From: an uncultured Bacilli bacterium
Lineage (GTDB): Bacteria > Bacillota_I > Bacilli_A > RF39 > UBA660
Direction: 5' to 3'
Length of the DNA stretch: 41,359 nt
Assembly: GCA_947626095.1 (NCBI GenBank)
Contig: CANQQV010000014.1
Location: 1 to 41,359 of the forward strand
The position numbers were made by a program, and so were the translations under genes. The notes under the pieces are model-generated. The model made no database searches. It saw only the letters and a list, made by a program, of their open reading frames with translations, and was not told the origin of the DNA. This document shows, piece after piece, positions 29,801 through 39,499 of this stretch. Every line of letters starts with the position of its first letter. Position 1 is the stretch's first letter.

Positions 29801-31759
29801 TATTGTTTGCGCCACTTTATAATAATTGTTATCAGTTGTTGATTCGTCTTGTAAAAGAGCTTGAATTAAACCATACCAAGAATCAACATTATAATTTTGA
29901 ACATGTAATGCTCGTTCATAGGCATTTATTTTAGCTTTAATATCAGTTCTAACATCAGCAATTAAATTATAAATAAAGGCTTCTTTATATTTATCAAATT
30001 CATCTAGAGCTCTTTGAGCGATTAAGATGTAAGCTGCATTATTTGTATCAACCCATTTATATGTTTTACTACCCCAGTCAAGGAGCATTCTTTCACCTTT
30101 GTAAGATCTTGCCCAACCAGCGGCAGCATTACCTATCCCCCATATTCTTGCACCTGTTGCTTCATCTATACTTGAAACGAAATATGCAGCATGACCTGGT
30201 TGAGATACTAAACTAGCAGGTACACCATACGCCATTTCAATATTTGAACCTGTACCAGCTAAGGAACCACAAACGCCATCTTCTTCCCAAATCGTCCATA
30301 AACGAAGCGGAGCTTTTTCACCAGTTTCAATACCAAAGTGATTTAAACCATACTTAGTATTACAAACAGCACCTCTTTCATAGCCTTTATCTGTTTGTGA
30401 TTTATGTAAGTTTCTTGAACTAGAAGAACAATAATCTGAATTTTCTTTATAATACTTAGGATCTTCGTAGTTCCATCTAAAACCACCATCATAATAAATA
30501 TAGTTATATGGATTTTTATATCCTTCACGACCATAAGGGGTTTTACCATTTAAAGTCATTTGAGTATACCAGTTTAACCAAGGAATCTCTTCATCACTAA
30601 TTCGATTGTTAACAACCCAACGCATTTCTTCAATCTCTAAATCAGTAAAAATTTCTTTTTCAAAATGAGTAGAAACACCATCATAAGTATAACCATCGGT
30701 AAGTAGTTTTTTTATAACTTCATATCTTTTTAATGGATAAGATGGAGTTCTGACTGGTTCAACTGGTTTATTAGCAGTTTGCCAGAAGTTAACATCACTA
30801 GCATAAGCAAGTGAGATAGCCATCATCATTTTTTTATAAGTTTTACCATATGTTGGATCTTTTAAATCGTCTTTATATTTAAAATATACTTCTTCAAAGA
30901 CAGTTAAAGCTTGAAGATAATTATTACCTTCAGGAGTGCCACCTAATAAGTATTCTTCTAAATTATTTTCGTCTTTAAATAGCCATTCAAAAAATTTAGT
31001 ATTACGATCATTTTTATTTACAAACGCTTGAAGAATAGGATAGCCAACACGTTTAACTAAAGTTCTTTGTAATAATTGAAGTTTTAGTTCTTTATTTTTA
31101 GCTATTTCTCCGTCACTTTGGCTTTGTAAAATAGTATCATATTCATCAACTGTTTTAATCCAATCAACTGTAGGTTGTTTAGTAGCATCGTATTTATGAG
31201 AATCATATAACATCGCATCAAAATATACAGCGTGGTCACTACTATTATCACCATTTTTATCAGCTACTAATTTTAACCATTTATAATCAGTAATTGATAC
31301 TACTATTTTCTCAGCTTCACTATCACCTTTTAAAGGATTACTAGTTCTTAGTAAATGCCAATCATTAGCTTCATAACTATTAGCTTTAGAACCATATATG
31401 TAGAATTTAACGTTACCTAAATTACCGCGACTAGCATCAACGCCAACATAACTTTGGAAAGTATCAAAATTAGTATAATTTCTTAAATCATAAATAATGG
31501 TTGAAGTAGCATGTGCATATAAAGCATTCATTGAATATGTTCTTTGGTTATCGATAATTAAAGAAATCATTTCGTTGCTTTCATTTTTATTCTTTTTAAA
31601 TGTTCCATAACCTACACTAGTAAAGGCGGCATCAATATCAGATAAATAGACGTGGGATGGTTCAGCAGCAGCTAAAAGAATAATTAGCGGTTCATAAGGG
31701 GCAAAAAATAAAGCAAAGGCAACTAGAATCATTGTAATTTTTTGTAAAAACTTTTTCAT
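26867..31759 (-). CDS. Large surface protein A: NPCBM/NEW2, transglutaminase-like Cys-His core, F5/8 type C, Ig-like repeats, C-terminal TM
   Basis: VYLSD...LYAHA...FQSYVGVD...SDHAVYFDA (NPCBM); GVCG...YGVPA...PGHAAY; LVDGDIHTTW...VSLDGKNW (discoidin); YTYTGSEIKP; P/T/E/K stalk; TM tail. Confidence 0.75.
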   Translation of the reverse strand: MKKFLQKITMILVAFALFFAPYEPLIILLAAAEPSHVYLSDIDAAFTSVGYGTFKKNKNESNEMISLIIDNQRTYSMNALYAHATSTIIYDLRNYTNFDTFQSYVGVDASRGNLGNVKFYIYGSKANSYEANDWHLLRTSNPLKGDSEAEKIVVSITDYKWLKLVADKNGDNSSDHAVYFDAMLYDSHKYDATKQPTVDWIKTVDEYDTILQSQSDGEIAKNKELKLQLLQRTLVKRVGYPILQAFVNKNDRNTKFFEWLFKDENNLEEYLLGGTPEGNNYLQALTVFEEVYFKYKDDLKDPTYGKTYKKMMMAISLAYASDVNFWQTANKPVEPVRTPSYPLKRYEVIKKLLTDGYTYDGVSTHFEKEIFTDLEIEEMRWVVNNRISDEEIPWLNWYTQMTLNGKTPYGREGYKNPYNYIYYDGGFRWNYEDPKYYKENSDYCSSSSRNLHKSQTDKGYERGAVCNTKYGLNHFGIETGEKAPLRLWTIWEEDGVCGSLAGTGSNIEMAYGVPASLVSQPGHAAYFVSSIDEATGARIWGIGNAAAGWARSYKGERMLLDWGSKTYKWVDTNNAAYILIAQRALDEFDKYKEAFIYNLIADVRTDIKAKINAYERALHVQNYNVDSWYGLIQALLQDESTTDNNYYKVAQTIMNDLKEFPLPMYDLLKLFSSNIQNNYVAYETALNTTLDEQSKYTKNDYLQYGAINDIAKYLKGVKGDSTVATFSFDGENAGFLMLTGPAAKEKPWAFEYTLNYEYDAEHKKISEKTEWFQVTDGQTKIDLNDKIDQLNEENDIVIHFLSTPRENIDNFVFIDLTEGSGSESDNIEQNVEEQKFTGIDENVAEWVELKTDDDIYEFFMHMYEPTVAYNYLDWHKFSEKQPQFSKTGGEWIVVRNGYTKTYLPSAPRIFELEPIPENQEYSYVPFSRQTVTTSSSLNEDEENKLVDGDIHTTWTSTKGDKNATVTIKLNNKSILLSKLEYIPGKVSDLGIITKAKIEVSLDGKNWDVVTNEISWPKNNNVKSYTLSTPTRAKYVKITSLDSSYDYVVASMFKIYENKLTSFKDVNDLHVSYVTNGYTYTGSEIKPFVTVKDGDTELILNDNYYLEYKDNIKAGKGKITLVGLGAYDGEKELEFDIAKAKTPEISIAEGICVDADKETLEEVELPHNWHWKDQSMPLKTGSNEAIAVYDDTENYENVEVTITIVKENGHHPEINITEKSFEYTLPVPEESRKALEDFKSLITISDQEDENLSIEDATITSDINWEEAGTYHVTITVTDSDGNTTTEYIQVTIKPAGEEKVKLNNEHYEVVIESDNLYYNGQEHNVIVKVRKSLPSVPKLPEEENDSVAEIMTLSPLNSNISSHELTENVDYTLDFSELTNAGNHTVTITGTGMYEGKLTATYTINKAIKPTNMIHPEMTVSSDTTRLDQIPLTDKWQWKDADINLKEGENVIKIIFLGDENHERYETEILVIREKDNTIKPTPTNPTPSNPSGSETKPSENTPQVKPTESDQKEDNNSSSTSKETTDKNTTSKETTTKPSTSKKEPTNKEETPKVEDNKVEENKTTNDEQATEENQEQDNEVETNEEQKVLKETTETPKKKISNQVIIMAVVAISFVTLGGVAFLLIKIR

Positions 31760-31960
31760 ATAAACTATCCCTCTAATATTTTATTAATTTATAAAATATT
31801 TGATTAAAAAATTAATCAAATAAACTCAATCTCTTTGTGAATTAATTCTATCATAGGCGTTATTATTTTTAAATATGGTTTTGTTAAATTTGATATTGAT
31901 TTTACTTGTTTTTTTTGACAAATATTTTTTAACGAAAAAAAAGACTATTTAAATAGTCTT

Positions 31961-34900
31961 TTATTTAATTTTTATAAGTAAGAATGCTACGCCACCTAAA
32001 GTAACAAGTGATACAACAACAGTAGCCATAACGATAACTTGATTAGAAATCTTTTTCTTTGGTGTATCTTGTTCTTTTTTTAGAACTTTTTGTTCTTCAT
32101 TTGTTTCTACCTCATTATCTTGTTCTTGTTTATCTTCAGTTGTTTGTTCATCGTTAGTAGTTTGAGTTTCTTCGACTTTATTATCTTCTGTTTGGTTGCT
32201 TTCTTCTTCATTAGTTGTTTCTTTGTTTGAGCTACTTGGTTTTGAGGTTGTATTATTAGTTGTATTTTGTTCTTCTTTATCATTTTCTGATTCAGTTGGT
32301 TTTACTTGTGGTGTAGTTTCACTAGGTTTAGTTTCAGATTCACTAGGAGTACTAGGTGTTGGATTTGTTGGTTTAGATTCAACAATTTCACGTTTTTTCG
32401 TACTATCCTTAATTACTTTAACTGTCATTTTATAAGGTTCATGGTTTTCATCACCAGCAAAGATAATAGTTAAAGTATTTTCTCCTTCTTTAAGTTTAAC
32501 GTTTTCATCTTCCCATGACCAACCTTGTGGTAAAGTAACATCACTTAAAGAAGTAACATCTGGTGAAACTTCAATTTCTTCATTAGGTAAAACACTAGGA
32601 ACTTTAGCTTTTTCAATGGTAAAGTCTTTAGTTTGTTCACCTTTATATAATAAACCGATTCCTTTTATAATCATTTTAGCTGGACCAGCAACCTTGTTAT
32701 TAATATATTCAATAACGTAATCTTTACCTAGAGTTAAAATGTGATTATTTTGATCTTTGACAATTACCTCTGGTTTAATTTCTGAGCCATTAAAGATTAA
32801 AGCATTATCAATAATTTCAACGACAAATTCTTTAGGATTAGAAATATCTATTTTTTCATCATTTGTAGAATCATATAATGTAAATTCTATTTGATAATCA
32901 ACGGAATTATTGTCACTATCTGTAATAGTAAATGCTATATGATAAGTTCCTACTTTATTCCATGTTGGCCAATCAGTTAATTCTTCATTGACAGTAATTG
33001 ATAAATCTTTATCTTCTTTATCATCTTCTTCATCAGTTACAATAAGAAGACTTTTAAAGTATTCTTTATCTTTTTTATCACTAGCCTTTGATATATCAAA
33101 TTTAAGTTCATCTTTAGTATTTAATTCTACTTTAGGACGACTACCATTTATTAAAGTAACAGTAACTTCTACTTGATTAGATTCAAAGTTGTTAGCCATT
33201 TCTTCAGTCCAACCCTCTTCATCGCCGTAATATTCAGCTGTTGCTTTTATAGGCTCTCCTGATTTTAATATTGTTCCCATTTCTTTAGGGGCCCATCCCC
33301 AACCATTAGGTAGTTTTACATAAAATAAATAAGGTATAACTTTTCCATAATCACTTTCACCATGAGTATCTAATTCACTCATTTCAACAATAATATTTCT
33401 AGGTGGAGCTGATGGAGGAAATGGAGCTTTCTTTATTTCAAATTCGAAGCTTCTTCGTCCAACATAAGCACCCATACCTTTAATAGAGATTTTACCCTTA
33501 CCAGCATTAACATTATCAGAATATTCAATAGTATAATCTTCATCTTTAATTAAAGTTGTATCACCATGTTTAACTATTACTTCTGGTGTTTTAGGCGTGC
33601 CATCATAGACAAAGCCATTAGAAATATAATTAACAGATAATTCTTCAACTGAGGTTCTTGTTGTTTTATTTTCGAAAATATTAATCATAGCAGCGGAAGC
33701 AAAATTACCAGCTGATTCTAAAGCAGTTAATCTAATGTATTTAGCTAAAGCTGGTCGTTGTAAAATATAAGTCTTAGTTGATTTATCAGAATTCCATTTA
33801 ATGTTATCATCTATAACATCCCATTTTTTACCATCTAGACTAACTTCTAATTTTACTTTAGTAAAGATACCATTAGTACCAGAATCTTGTCTTGGCATAT
33901 ATTCTATTTTAGATAAATCAATTGGATCTTCATCAGTAACTTCGATAGTAATCCATCTAGCAGTATCAGAACCACTCCATAAATTATGCCAATAAGTATT
34001 TTTATTACCATCAATAGCTCTGGCTGCAGCTTCTGATGAACTATTTTGCTGTGATGAAGCTTCAACTTTTAAACGAGAAATCGGAACGTATACTTTAGTT
34101 TGATCAGCATCTGGATCAGCATCAAAAGTTAATGAGACTGCTTCACTTGGTAAGTATGTATCATGAGCACCATCTCGAACTAAAACAGTTTTAATACCAC
34201 TTAAATTAGGTTCTTTTTCAGAAAATTTAGTCCATGTTGATGTTTTTTCGCCATCAATTTTCCATTCCATAGAATCAGTAATACCAAAGACTTTATTTTC
34301 TAAATCATTAGCGTATAAGTTTTTAGGTGTAGTACCCTCTTCAATATTAATTATTGTAATACTATCACTAGTAGGAGAATAATCAGAATCGCCAATAATA
34401 TGGACAACGATGTCTTTATCTGGTGTAATTTTTTCTAATACTTCAGTTAGATCAGCTGTTGTTCCATTTGTTACTTTGGTCCAATTAGCATGAACAAGTT
34501 TAGTTTGTGTATCATAACTATAATCTAGAGCGTATTCAAATGGTTGTTCTGTGGCTAAAACAATTTTATTAGCATTTTCACCACTGAATGAAAATTTAGC
34601 GGTTTCTTCTTTTTGACCATTTAAATATTGAGCTACTTGTCTTACAGCTTGTCCTTGTTTATATTCAGTACTATCGTTTTGAACATTAACTAATTCGTTA
34701 AGAATTTTTTTAAAGGCTGTATTAACCTTACTCTTATCAGAATTTTCCATTTTTTCTGTAATTAAATTTAACATGTCATTCATAGCTAATGGATATTCTT
34801 TTAAATTAGCCATAATTTCATAACTTAGATGTCTATAATCAGCACTATCCTTTGTAGGATTTTTTAAATAAGTTTGAATTAAGCCATACCAACCATCTAA

Positions 34901-36865
34901 GTTGAAGTTTTGAATAGCATTTCTATTTTTTTCAGTAGTAATATCAACTATATTAGCTGTACCAACTATTTTACGGTAAATTTTTTCTTGTTTTTCATAA
35001 TTTTCTTCATAGATATCAGCAATTAATTTGTATTCTAAAGATTTAACATAATTTTTAAAGTCATCAATGGCTGCTTGAGCTAAAATAACATAACTAGCAT
35101 TATAATCTGATGAATAAGATAAGGTTGTAGTACCCCAGTTAAGAGGAAGTCTTTCACCTTTTTCAGTACCACTCGATTTAGCCCAACCATGAACATCGTT
35201 ACCAATACCCCAAGTTGTAACAAATTTACCATCTTTTTTAGTCTTTGTTTGAATTAAATATGCGGCATGCGCAGGTTGTTTTGTAACAGCTGCTACTTGA
35301 CCATATGAGTTATTAAGGTTTTCACCTGTTTTAGATAAAGCACCACATACTCCATCCTCTTCCCAAACAACCCATAACCTTGGTTGAGTATTAGTATCAC
35401 TCTTAATACCCCATTCTTCAGTATGATAAATATCATTACATTTTGTATTACGTACATACCCATCAACTACAGGCGTCTTTATGTCAGGTGCACAATAATT
35501 AGAATCTTTTTCATAATATCCTGGATCAGTATAAGCCCATTTAAAGCTATCGTTATACCAAATATAAGTATAAGGGTCCATACTACTTTTTCTTTTACCA
35601 TCTTCACCAGAATATTTAGTTTCCTCTAAATGACTACTATACCAATTTAACCAAGGAAGTTCCTCATCACTTAAACGAGCATCAACTACCCAACGCATTT
35701 CTTCAACTGTTAGAGATTCAAACACTTCTACGTTAAATGTTTGCTCAAATTCATATTCAGTCGGATAATTTTGGTGTAAATATAAATCTTTAAAAGCTTT
35801 ATAACGTTTAACTGGATCAGAAATAACTTGAGTATTACCTTCACCGGTAGTCCAGAACGCTACTGTACCAGAATGAGTTAAAGAGATAGCCATCATCATT
35901 TTTAAGAAAGTTTCTCTCTTAGTTTCATCTTCATTCTTTAAATCATCTTTATAGGTATTATAAAGTTTAGTTAATACATTAAATGAATTAATATAATTAC
36001 CTAATGGTTCACCACCAGTAATATAAGTTTTTAATGCTTCTTTATCTGTAAATAACCACTTTAAAACAGCAGCTTTATCATCATCACTAGTTGCATAAGC
36101 TTGCATTATTTGGTATCCAACACGTTTTACTAAAGTTCTTTGTAAAAGTTTAAGTTCTAATTCTTCATTATTGATAATATCTTCTTCAGGGTGACGCTTT
36201 AATTCTTCATCATATTCACTTAATGGTCTAATCCAATCAACTGAAGAATTCATATTAGGTTGATAAGTATTACTATTATAAAGCATAGCGTTAGCATAAA
36301 CAGCATGGTCAGAACTATTATTACCATTAGCATAAGCATATAGTTTTAAGTAACGATATTCACTAATTGATAGTTTAACTTCTACAGCATTACTAGTTCC
36401 TTTTAGAGTACTAATAGATTTTAATTGAGTATAGTTTTTATTATCATTAGAACCATAAATAGTAAAGGCAACACCATCACCATTTGAACCAGCATAGGTA
36501 TCAACACCAACGAAGGCAGAAAACATATTAAAGCCTTTTTCTTTATATTCTTTTAAGTCAAAAATTAAAGTACTAGTGGCATGAGCAAAAATACCATTAA
36601 TAAAGTAAGTTTGTTCACCATCAAGATTAACAGAAATTAAATTACCAGGTTCATTTTGATTAACTTTAAGAGCACGGACATCTTTCCAACTACTCTCTTT
36701 AGTTAATAAGACATCTTTATCATCCCATAAATCTGATAAATAAACATAGTTATCACTAGCCGCAGCATTAGCAACGATGGATATATTAACAAATGGTTCT
36801 AAAAAAGAACTACATAAAGCAATTATTATTAAAATATTTATAAATTTCTCTGTAAATTTTTTCAT
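31961..36865 (-). CDS. Large surface protein B, tandem paralog of A
   Basis: Same architecture; WEEDGVCGALS, QPAHAAY, AIDGNKNTYWH, EYMPRQD. Confidence 0.75.
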   Translation of the reverse strand: MKKFTEKFINILIIIALCSSFLEPFVNISIVANAAASDNYVYLSDLWDDKDVLLTKESSWKDVRALKVNQNEPGNLISVNLDGEQTYFINGIFAHATSTLIFDLKEYKEKGFNMFSAFVGVDTYAGSNGDGVAFTIYGSNDNKNYTQLKSISTLKGTSNAVEVKLSISEYRYLKLYAYANGNNSSDHAVYANAMLYNSNTYQPNMNSSVDWIRPLSEYDEELKRHPEEDIINNEELELKLLQRTLVKRVGYQIMQAYATSDDDKAAVLKWLFTDKEALKTYITGGEPLGNYINSFNVLTKLYNTYKDDLKNEDETKRETFLKMMMAISLTHSGTVAFWTTGEGNTQVISDPVKRYKAFKDLYLHQNYPTEYEFEQTFNVEVFESLTVEEMRWVVDARLSDEELPWLNWYSSHLEETKYSGEDGKRKSSMDPYTYIWYNDSFKWAYTDPGYYEKDSNYCAPDIKTPVVDGYVRNTKCNDIYHTEEWGIKSDTNTQPRLWVVWEEDGVCGALSKTGENLNNSYGQVAAVTKQPAHAAYLIQTKTKKDGKFVTTWGIGNDVHGWAKSSGTEKGERLPLNWGTTTLSYSSDYNASYVILAQAAIDDFKNYVKSLEYKLIADIYEENYEKQEKIYRKIVGTANIVDITTEKNRNAIQNFNLDGWYGLIQTYLKNPTKDSADYRHLSYEIMANLKEYPLAMNDMLNLITEKMENSDKSKVNTAFKKILNELVNVQNDSTEYKQGQAVRQVAQYLNGQKEETAKFSFSGENANKIVLATEQPFEYALDYSYDTQTKLVHANWTKVTNGTTADLTEVLEKITPDKDIVVHIIGDSDYSPTSDSITIINIEEGTTPKNLYANDLENKVFGITDSMEWKIDGEKTSTWTKFSEKEPNLSGIKTVLVRDGAHDTYLPSEAVSLTFDADPDADQTKVYVPISRLKVEASSQQNSSSEAAARAIDGNKNTYWHNLWSGSDTARWITIEVTDEDPIDLSKIEYMPRQDSGTNGIFTKVKLEVSLDGKKWDVIDDNIKWNSDKSTKTYILQRPALAKYIRLTALESAGNFASAAMINIFENKTTRTSVEELSVNYISNGFVYDGTPKTPEVIVKHGDTTLIKDEDYTIEYSDNVNAGKGKISIKGMGAYVGRRSFEFEIKKAPFPPSAPPRNIIVEMSELDTHGESDYGKVIPYLFYVKLPNGWGWAPKEMGTILKSGEPIKATAEYYGDEEGWTEEMANNFESNQVEVTVTLINGSRPKVELNTKDELKFDISKASDKKDKEYFKSLLIVTDEEDDKEDKDLSITVNEELTDWPTWNKVGTYHIAFTITDSDNNSVDYQIEFTLYDSTNDEKIDISNPKEFVVEIIDNALIFNGSEIKPEVIVKDQNNHILTLGKDYVIEYINNKVAGPAKMIIKGIGLLYKGEQTKDFTIEKAKVPSVLPNEEIEVSPDVTSLSDVTLPQGWSWEDENVKLKEGENTLTIIFAGDENHEPYKMTVKVIKDSTKKREIVESKPTNPTPSTPSESETKPSETTPQVKPTESENDKEEQNTTNNTTSKPSSSNKETTNEEESNQTEDNKVEETQTTNDEQTTEDKQEQDNEVETNEEQKVLKKEQDTPKKKISNQVIVMATVVVSLVTLGGVAFLLIKIK

Positions 36866-37041
36866 AATTAACCACCCTTTTTTATTTAAATTTAAACTAG
36901 TTTATCATGACCTTAAAAATGTGACAAATTTAACTAGTTCTATCTAATTTTATTTTAGCATATTCGAATTTTTTGGCATTAATTTATTAATGGTTTGACA
37001 GTGCATTTTACTATATCAATATTTTATGAATTATTACAAAA

Positions 37042-37068
37042 TAAAAGACAAATATTTAACTATTTGCC
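37042..37068 (-). terminator. Intrinsic terminator after the MazG-like gene
   Basis: GGCAAAUA-guuaaa-UAUUUGUC followed by UUUU on the minus strand. Confidence 0.65.
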
Positions 37069-37070
37069 TA

Positions 37071-37397
37071 CTAATCTTCAATTACTTTTTCTAAATAAAT
37101 TTTATCTTTAAAAGCTCCTCTTTTTTGGGCTTTTTCTTGAGCAACTTTTATTACTTCTTCTAAGCTACTATTTTCTAAGGCAGCTAGTGATGAAATTATT
37201 TCTAACATATCAGCTAATTCTTCAACACGATCTTTTCCAGTAGCACTCAATACTTCTTGATATTCTTCATTTAGTTTCTTTTCAAGTTCTTCTTTATATT
37301 CTTGATCATTAAGGATTCGCGTATATGGTTCTCCACCATTACCTTTGATAATATTAGGAATGTTATCTCTTACTAATTTATTATATATTTTTTCCAT
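37071..37397 (-). CDS. MazG-like all-alpha NTP pyrophosphohydrolase (PRA-PH-like)
   Basis: YNKLVRDNIP, KLNEEYQE, EELADMLE, KRGAF. Confidence 0.88.
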   Translation of the reverse strand: MEKIYNKLVRDNIPNIIKGNGGEPYTRILNDQEYKEELEKKLNEEYQEVLSATGKDRVEELADMLEIISSLAALENSSLEEVIKVAQEKAQKRGAFKDKIYLEKVIED

Positions 37398-37409
37398 TAT
37401 TTACTCCTA

Positions 37410-38066
37410 TTATTTTTTTAAAGTATATACTAACCACTTATTATTTTCTTTGCCACCTTCAGTATGAAAATCTTGAACTTTAAAAGCCGTTTCACTTATT
37501 AAGTTATCTAACTCTTCTTTAGTAAAGTAATGGTAGAATCGTTCAACACCCATATGGTATTCACCTTCAAAATCAACCCATTCACTATCGACTTCTTTAG
37601 TAGCACGATTAATAGCATTAAATAAGAATACACCTTTATCTTCTAAGGCATCATAAACTTTTCTTAAAATTTTTAAAGCGTCTTCATCAGTAAAATGAAC
37701 AAAAACACGCCAACAGAAAATAGCTAGATATTTTTCTAATATTTCATCATTTAAAGCATCTAATTTAATAGCTTTAACACCTTGTTCTTTTATTGATTCA
37801 ACAAAGCCATCAACAGTATCACTACCCGTTACATTATAACCTAATTCTTTTAAGTATTTAGCATTTAAGCCTTCACCAGAACCAATTTCTAAGACTTTAC
37901 TTCCTTTAGGAACGTCAGCAAAACTTGTTTTAATTAATTCTTCTAACTCTTGTTTTTTTTCTAAAGCTCTTTTAGGATCTAACCTATCATGTTCTAAACT
38001 ATTAGCAATATATGTTTTAGCTGTTTTAGCATAGACAGCAATTGTTTTTTGATTTTCGATACTCAT
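37410..38066 (-). CDS. Class I SAM-dependent methyltransferase
   Basis: VLEIGSGEG, VTGSD, IFCWRVFVHF, ALEDKGVF. Confidence 0.85.
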   Translation of the reverse strand: MSIENQKTIAVYAKTAKTYIANSLEHDRLDPKRALEKKQELEELIKTSFADVPKGSKVLEIGSGEGLNAKYLKELGYNVTGSDTVDGFVESIKEQGVKAIKLDALNDEILEKYLAIFCWRVFVHFTDEDALKILRKVYDALEDKGVFLFNAINRATKEVDSEWVDFEGEYHMGVERFYHYFTKEELDNLISETAFKVQDFHTEGGKENNKWLVYTLKK

Positions 38067-38176
38067 AAACCTCACCTTTAGTTAATTATAACAAACTCTT
38101 TAATTATTATATAGTAAAATAATTATTAAAAATATTTTTATTTAATGTTATATTTATATTGAAAAGAGGTATATAT

Positions 38177-38644
38177 ATGTTAAGTTATGAAGGTCTTTTC
38201 TTTGATAAAGAAACAGTCGAACTACTTCATTCTTTAGAAGAGAAACAACTAGCCAAAATTAATGATGAAATACATTGTACTTTTAAATATCATCCTAAAG
38301 AAAAAGATGTTTTTAATGATATTGTTGGTAAAAGTTTTGAAATTACGATAATTGGTTATGGTAATGATGGCTTTAATAGTGGTTTTCAAATATCTTTACC
38401 TGATGAATTATTACCATACTACATAAACTACGAAGATGATAATCAATCGCTTTTAAAAACACCCCATATTACATCTTCTTTAGCTGAAAATGCTAAAGCA
38501 GTAAATACTAATAATTTACAATTTACGCCTTTAGAAAAACCAATTAAAATTAAAGGAACATTTGGATATTGGTTAAAAGATAATAATAGTGAATATTTAT
38601 CTTATAAACCATATTATGAAAAACAAAATAATAATGAATTCTAG
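38177..38644 (+). CDS. 2H phosphoesterase-like protein
   Basis: Two HxT motifs (IHCTF, PHITSS) about 60 aa apart; ATG 38177 with GAGG RBS. Confidence 0.65.
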   Translation: MLSYEGLFFDKETVELLHSLEEKQLAKINDEIHCTFKYHPKEKDVFNDIVGKSFEITIIGYGNDGFNSGFQISLPDELLPYYINYEDDNQSLLKTPHITSSLAENAKAVNTNNLQFTPLEKPIKIKGTFGYWLKDNNSEYLSYKPYYEKQNNNEF

Positions 38645-38656
38645 ACATTATTAAAC

Positions 38657-38672
38657 CGAGCACAAATGCTCG
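38657..38672. terminator. Hairpin between the convergent 2H and tatD genes
   Basis: CGAGCA-caaa-TGCTCG. Confidence 0.55.
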
Positions 38673-38677
38673 ATTCT

Positions 38678-39433
38678 TTATTTCATCTTTTTAAATAATC
38701 TTTTGGTATTGGCATTAGTTATTTGTTCTATTTCGGTAGTTGAACATTGTCTTACTTCAGCTAATCTTTGAATTATATATTTTATATTAGATGTTTCGTT
38801 AATTTCACCTCTTAAAGGTTCAGGTGATATATATGGACTATCAGTTTCGATTAAAAATAAATTACTTGGCACAATACTTGCTACTTCAAGTGATTTCTTG
38901 GCCGTTTTATAAGTTATTCTTCCAGCAAAAGAAATATAAAAGCCATTATCTACCAAATATTTTAAAGTTTCTAAATCTGGTTGAAAGCAATGAAAAACAC
39001 AACCATATTTAGGTTTTACATATTTTTCAAAGATATCAATTATTATTTTATTACAATTATTAGAATGAATAATTACGGGCAGATGAAGTTCATTAGCAAT
39101 CATTATTTGACTTATTAAATATTTCTTTTGCTCAGTTAAATTATTTTTAGTACTATCTAAGCCTATTTCACCTATTGCCACTACTTTGGGATGGGACGCT
39201 AAATTATATAAAGAATCTAGTTGTTGATCGGCAATATACAAGGGATGAATACCAATAGATGAGAAAAATTTAGGATTGGAGCTGGCAATACTTATAGATT
39301 CGTTTGAGGTGTTTATATCTAAACCGACATTAATAACACTTTCGATATTAGTATTATTATTTATAGCATTTATATATTTTTGAGGATTATCTAAAACTAT
39401 ACGATTAATATGCATGTGTGAATCAATAATCAT
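38678..39433 (-). CDS. tatD: TatD family DNase
   Basis: IIDSHMH, IGIHP, AIGEIGLD, PVIIHS, VFHCF, IETDSPY; ATG 39433 with AGAAGG RBS. Confidence 0.92.
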   Translation of the reverse strand: MIIDSHMHINRIVLDNPQKYINAINNNTNIESVINVGLDINTSNESISIASSNPKFFSSIGIHPLYIADQQLDSLYNLASHPKVVAIGEIGLDSTKNNLTEQKKYLISQIMIANELHLPVIIHSNNCNKIIIDIFEKYVKPKYGCVFHCFQPDLETLKYLVDNGFYISFAGRITYKTAKKSLEVASIVPSNLFLIETDSPYISPEPLRGEINETSNIKYIIQRLAEVRQCSTTEIEQITNANTKRLFKKMK

Positions 39434-39499
39434 AATTGAACCTTCTATCTGATTATATATTTTTTTATTAGTTATAAACAATTTTGTGGATATAAAGTG

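Noticed and set aside
703-35629. Short ORFs nested in long genes (e.g. 703-930, 720-920, 980-1162, 3407-3604, 7488-7727, 8160-8600, 26937-27227, 28662-29006, 32196-32435, 35384-35629)
   Set aside because: Fully overlap well-supported genes, mostly antisense, with no recognisable motifs
39485-39493. DnaA-box-like sequence (ATATCCACA on the minus strand)
   Set aside because: Single copy with a mismatch; no cluster of boxes
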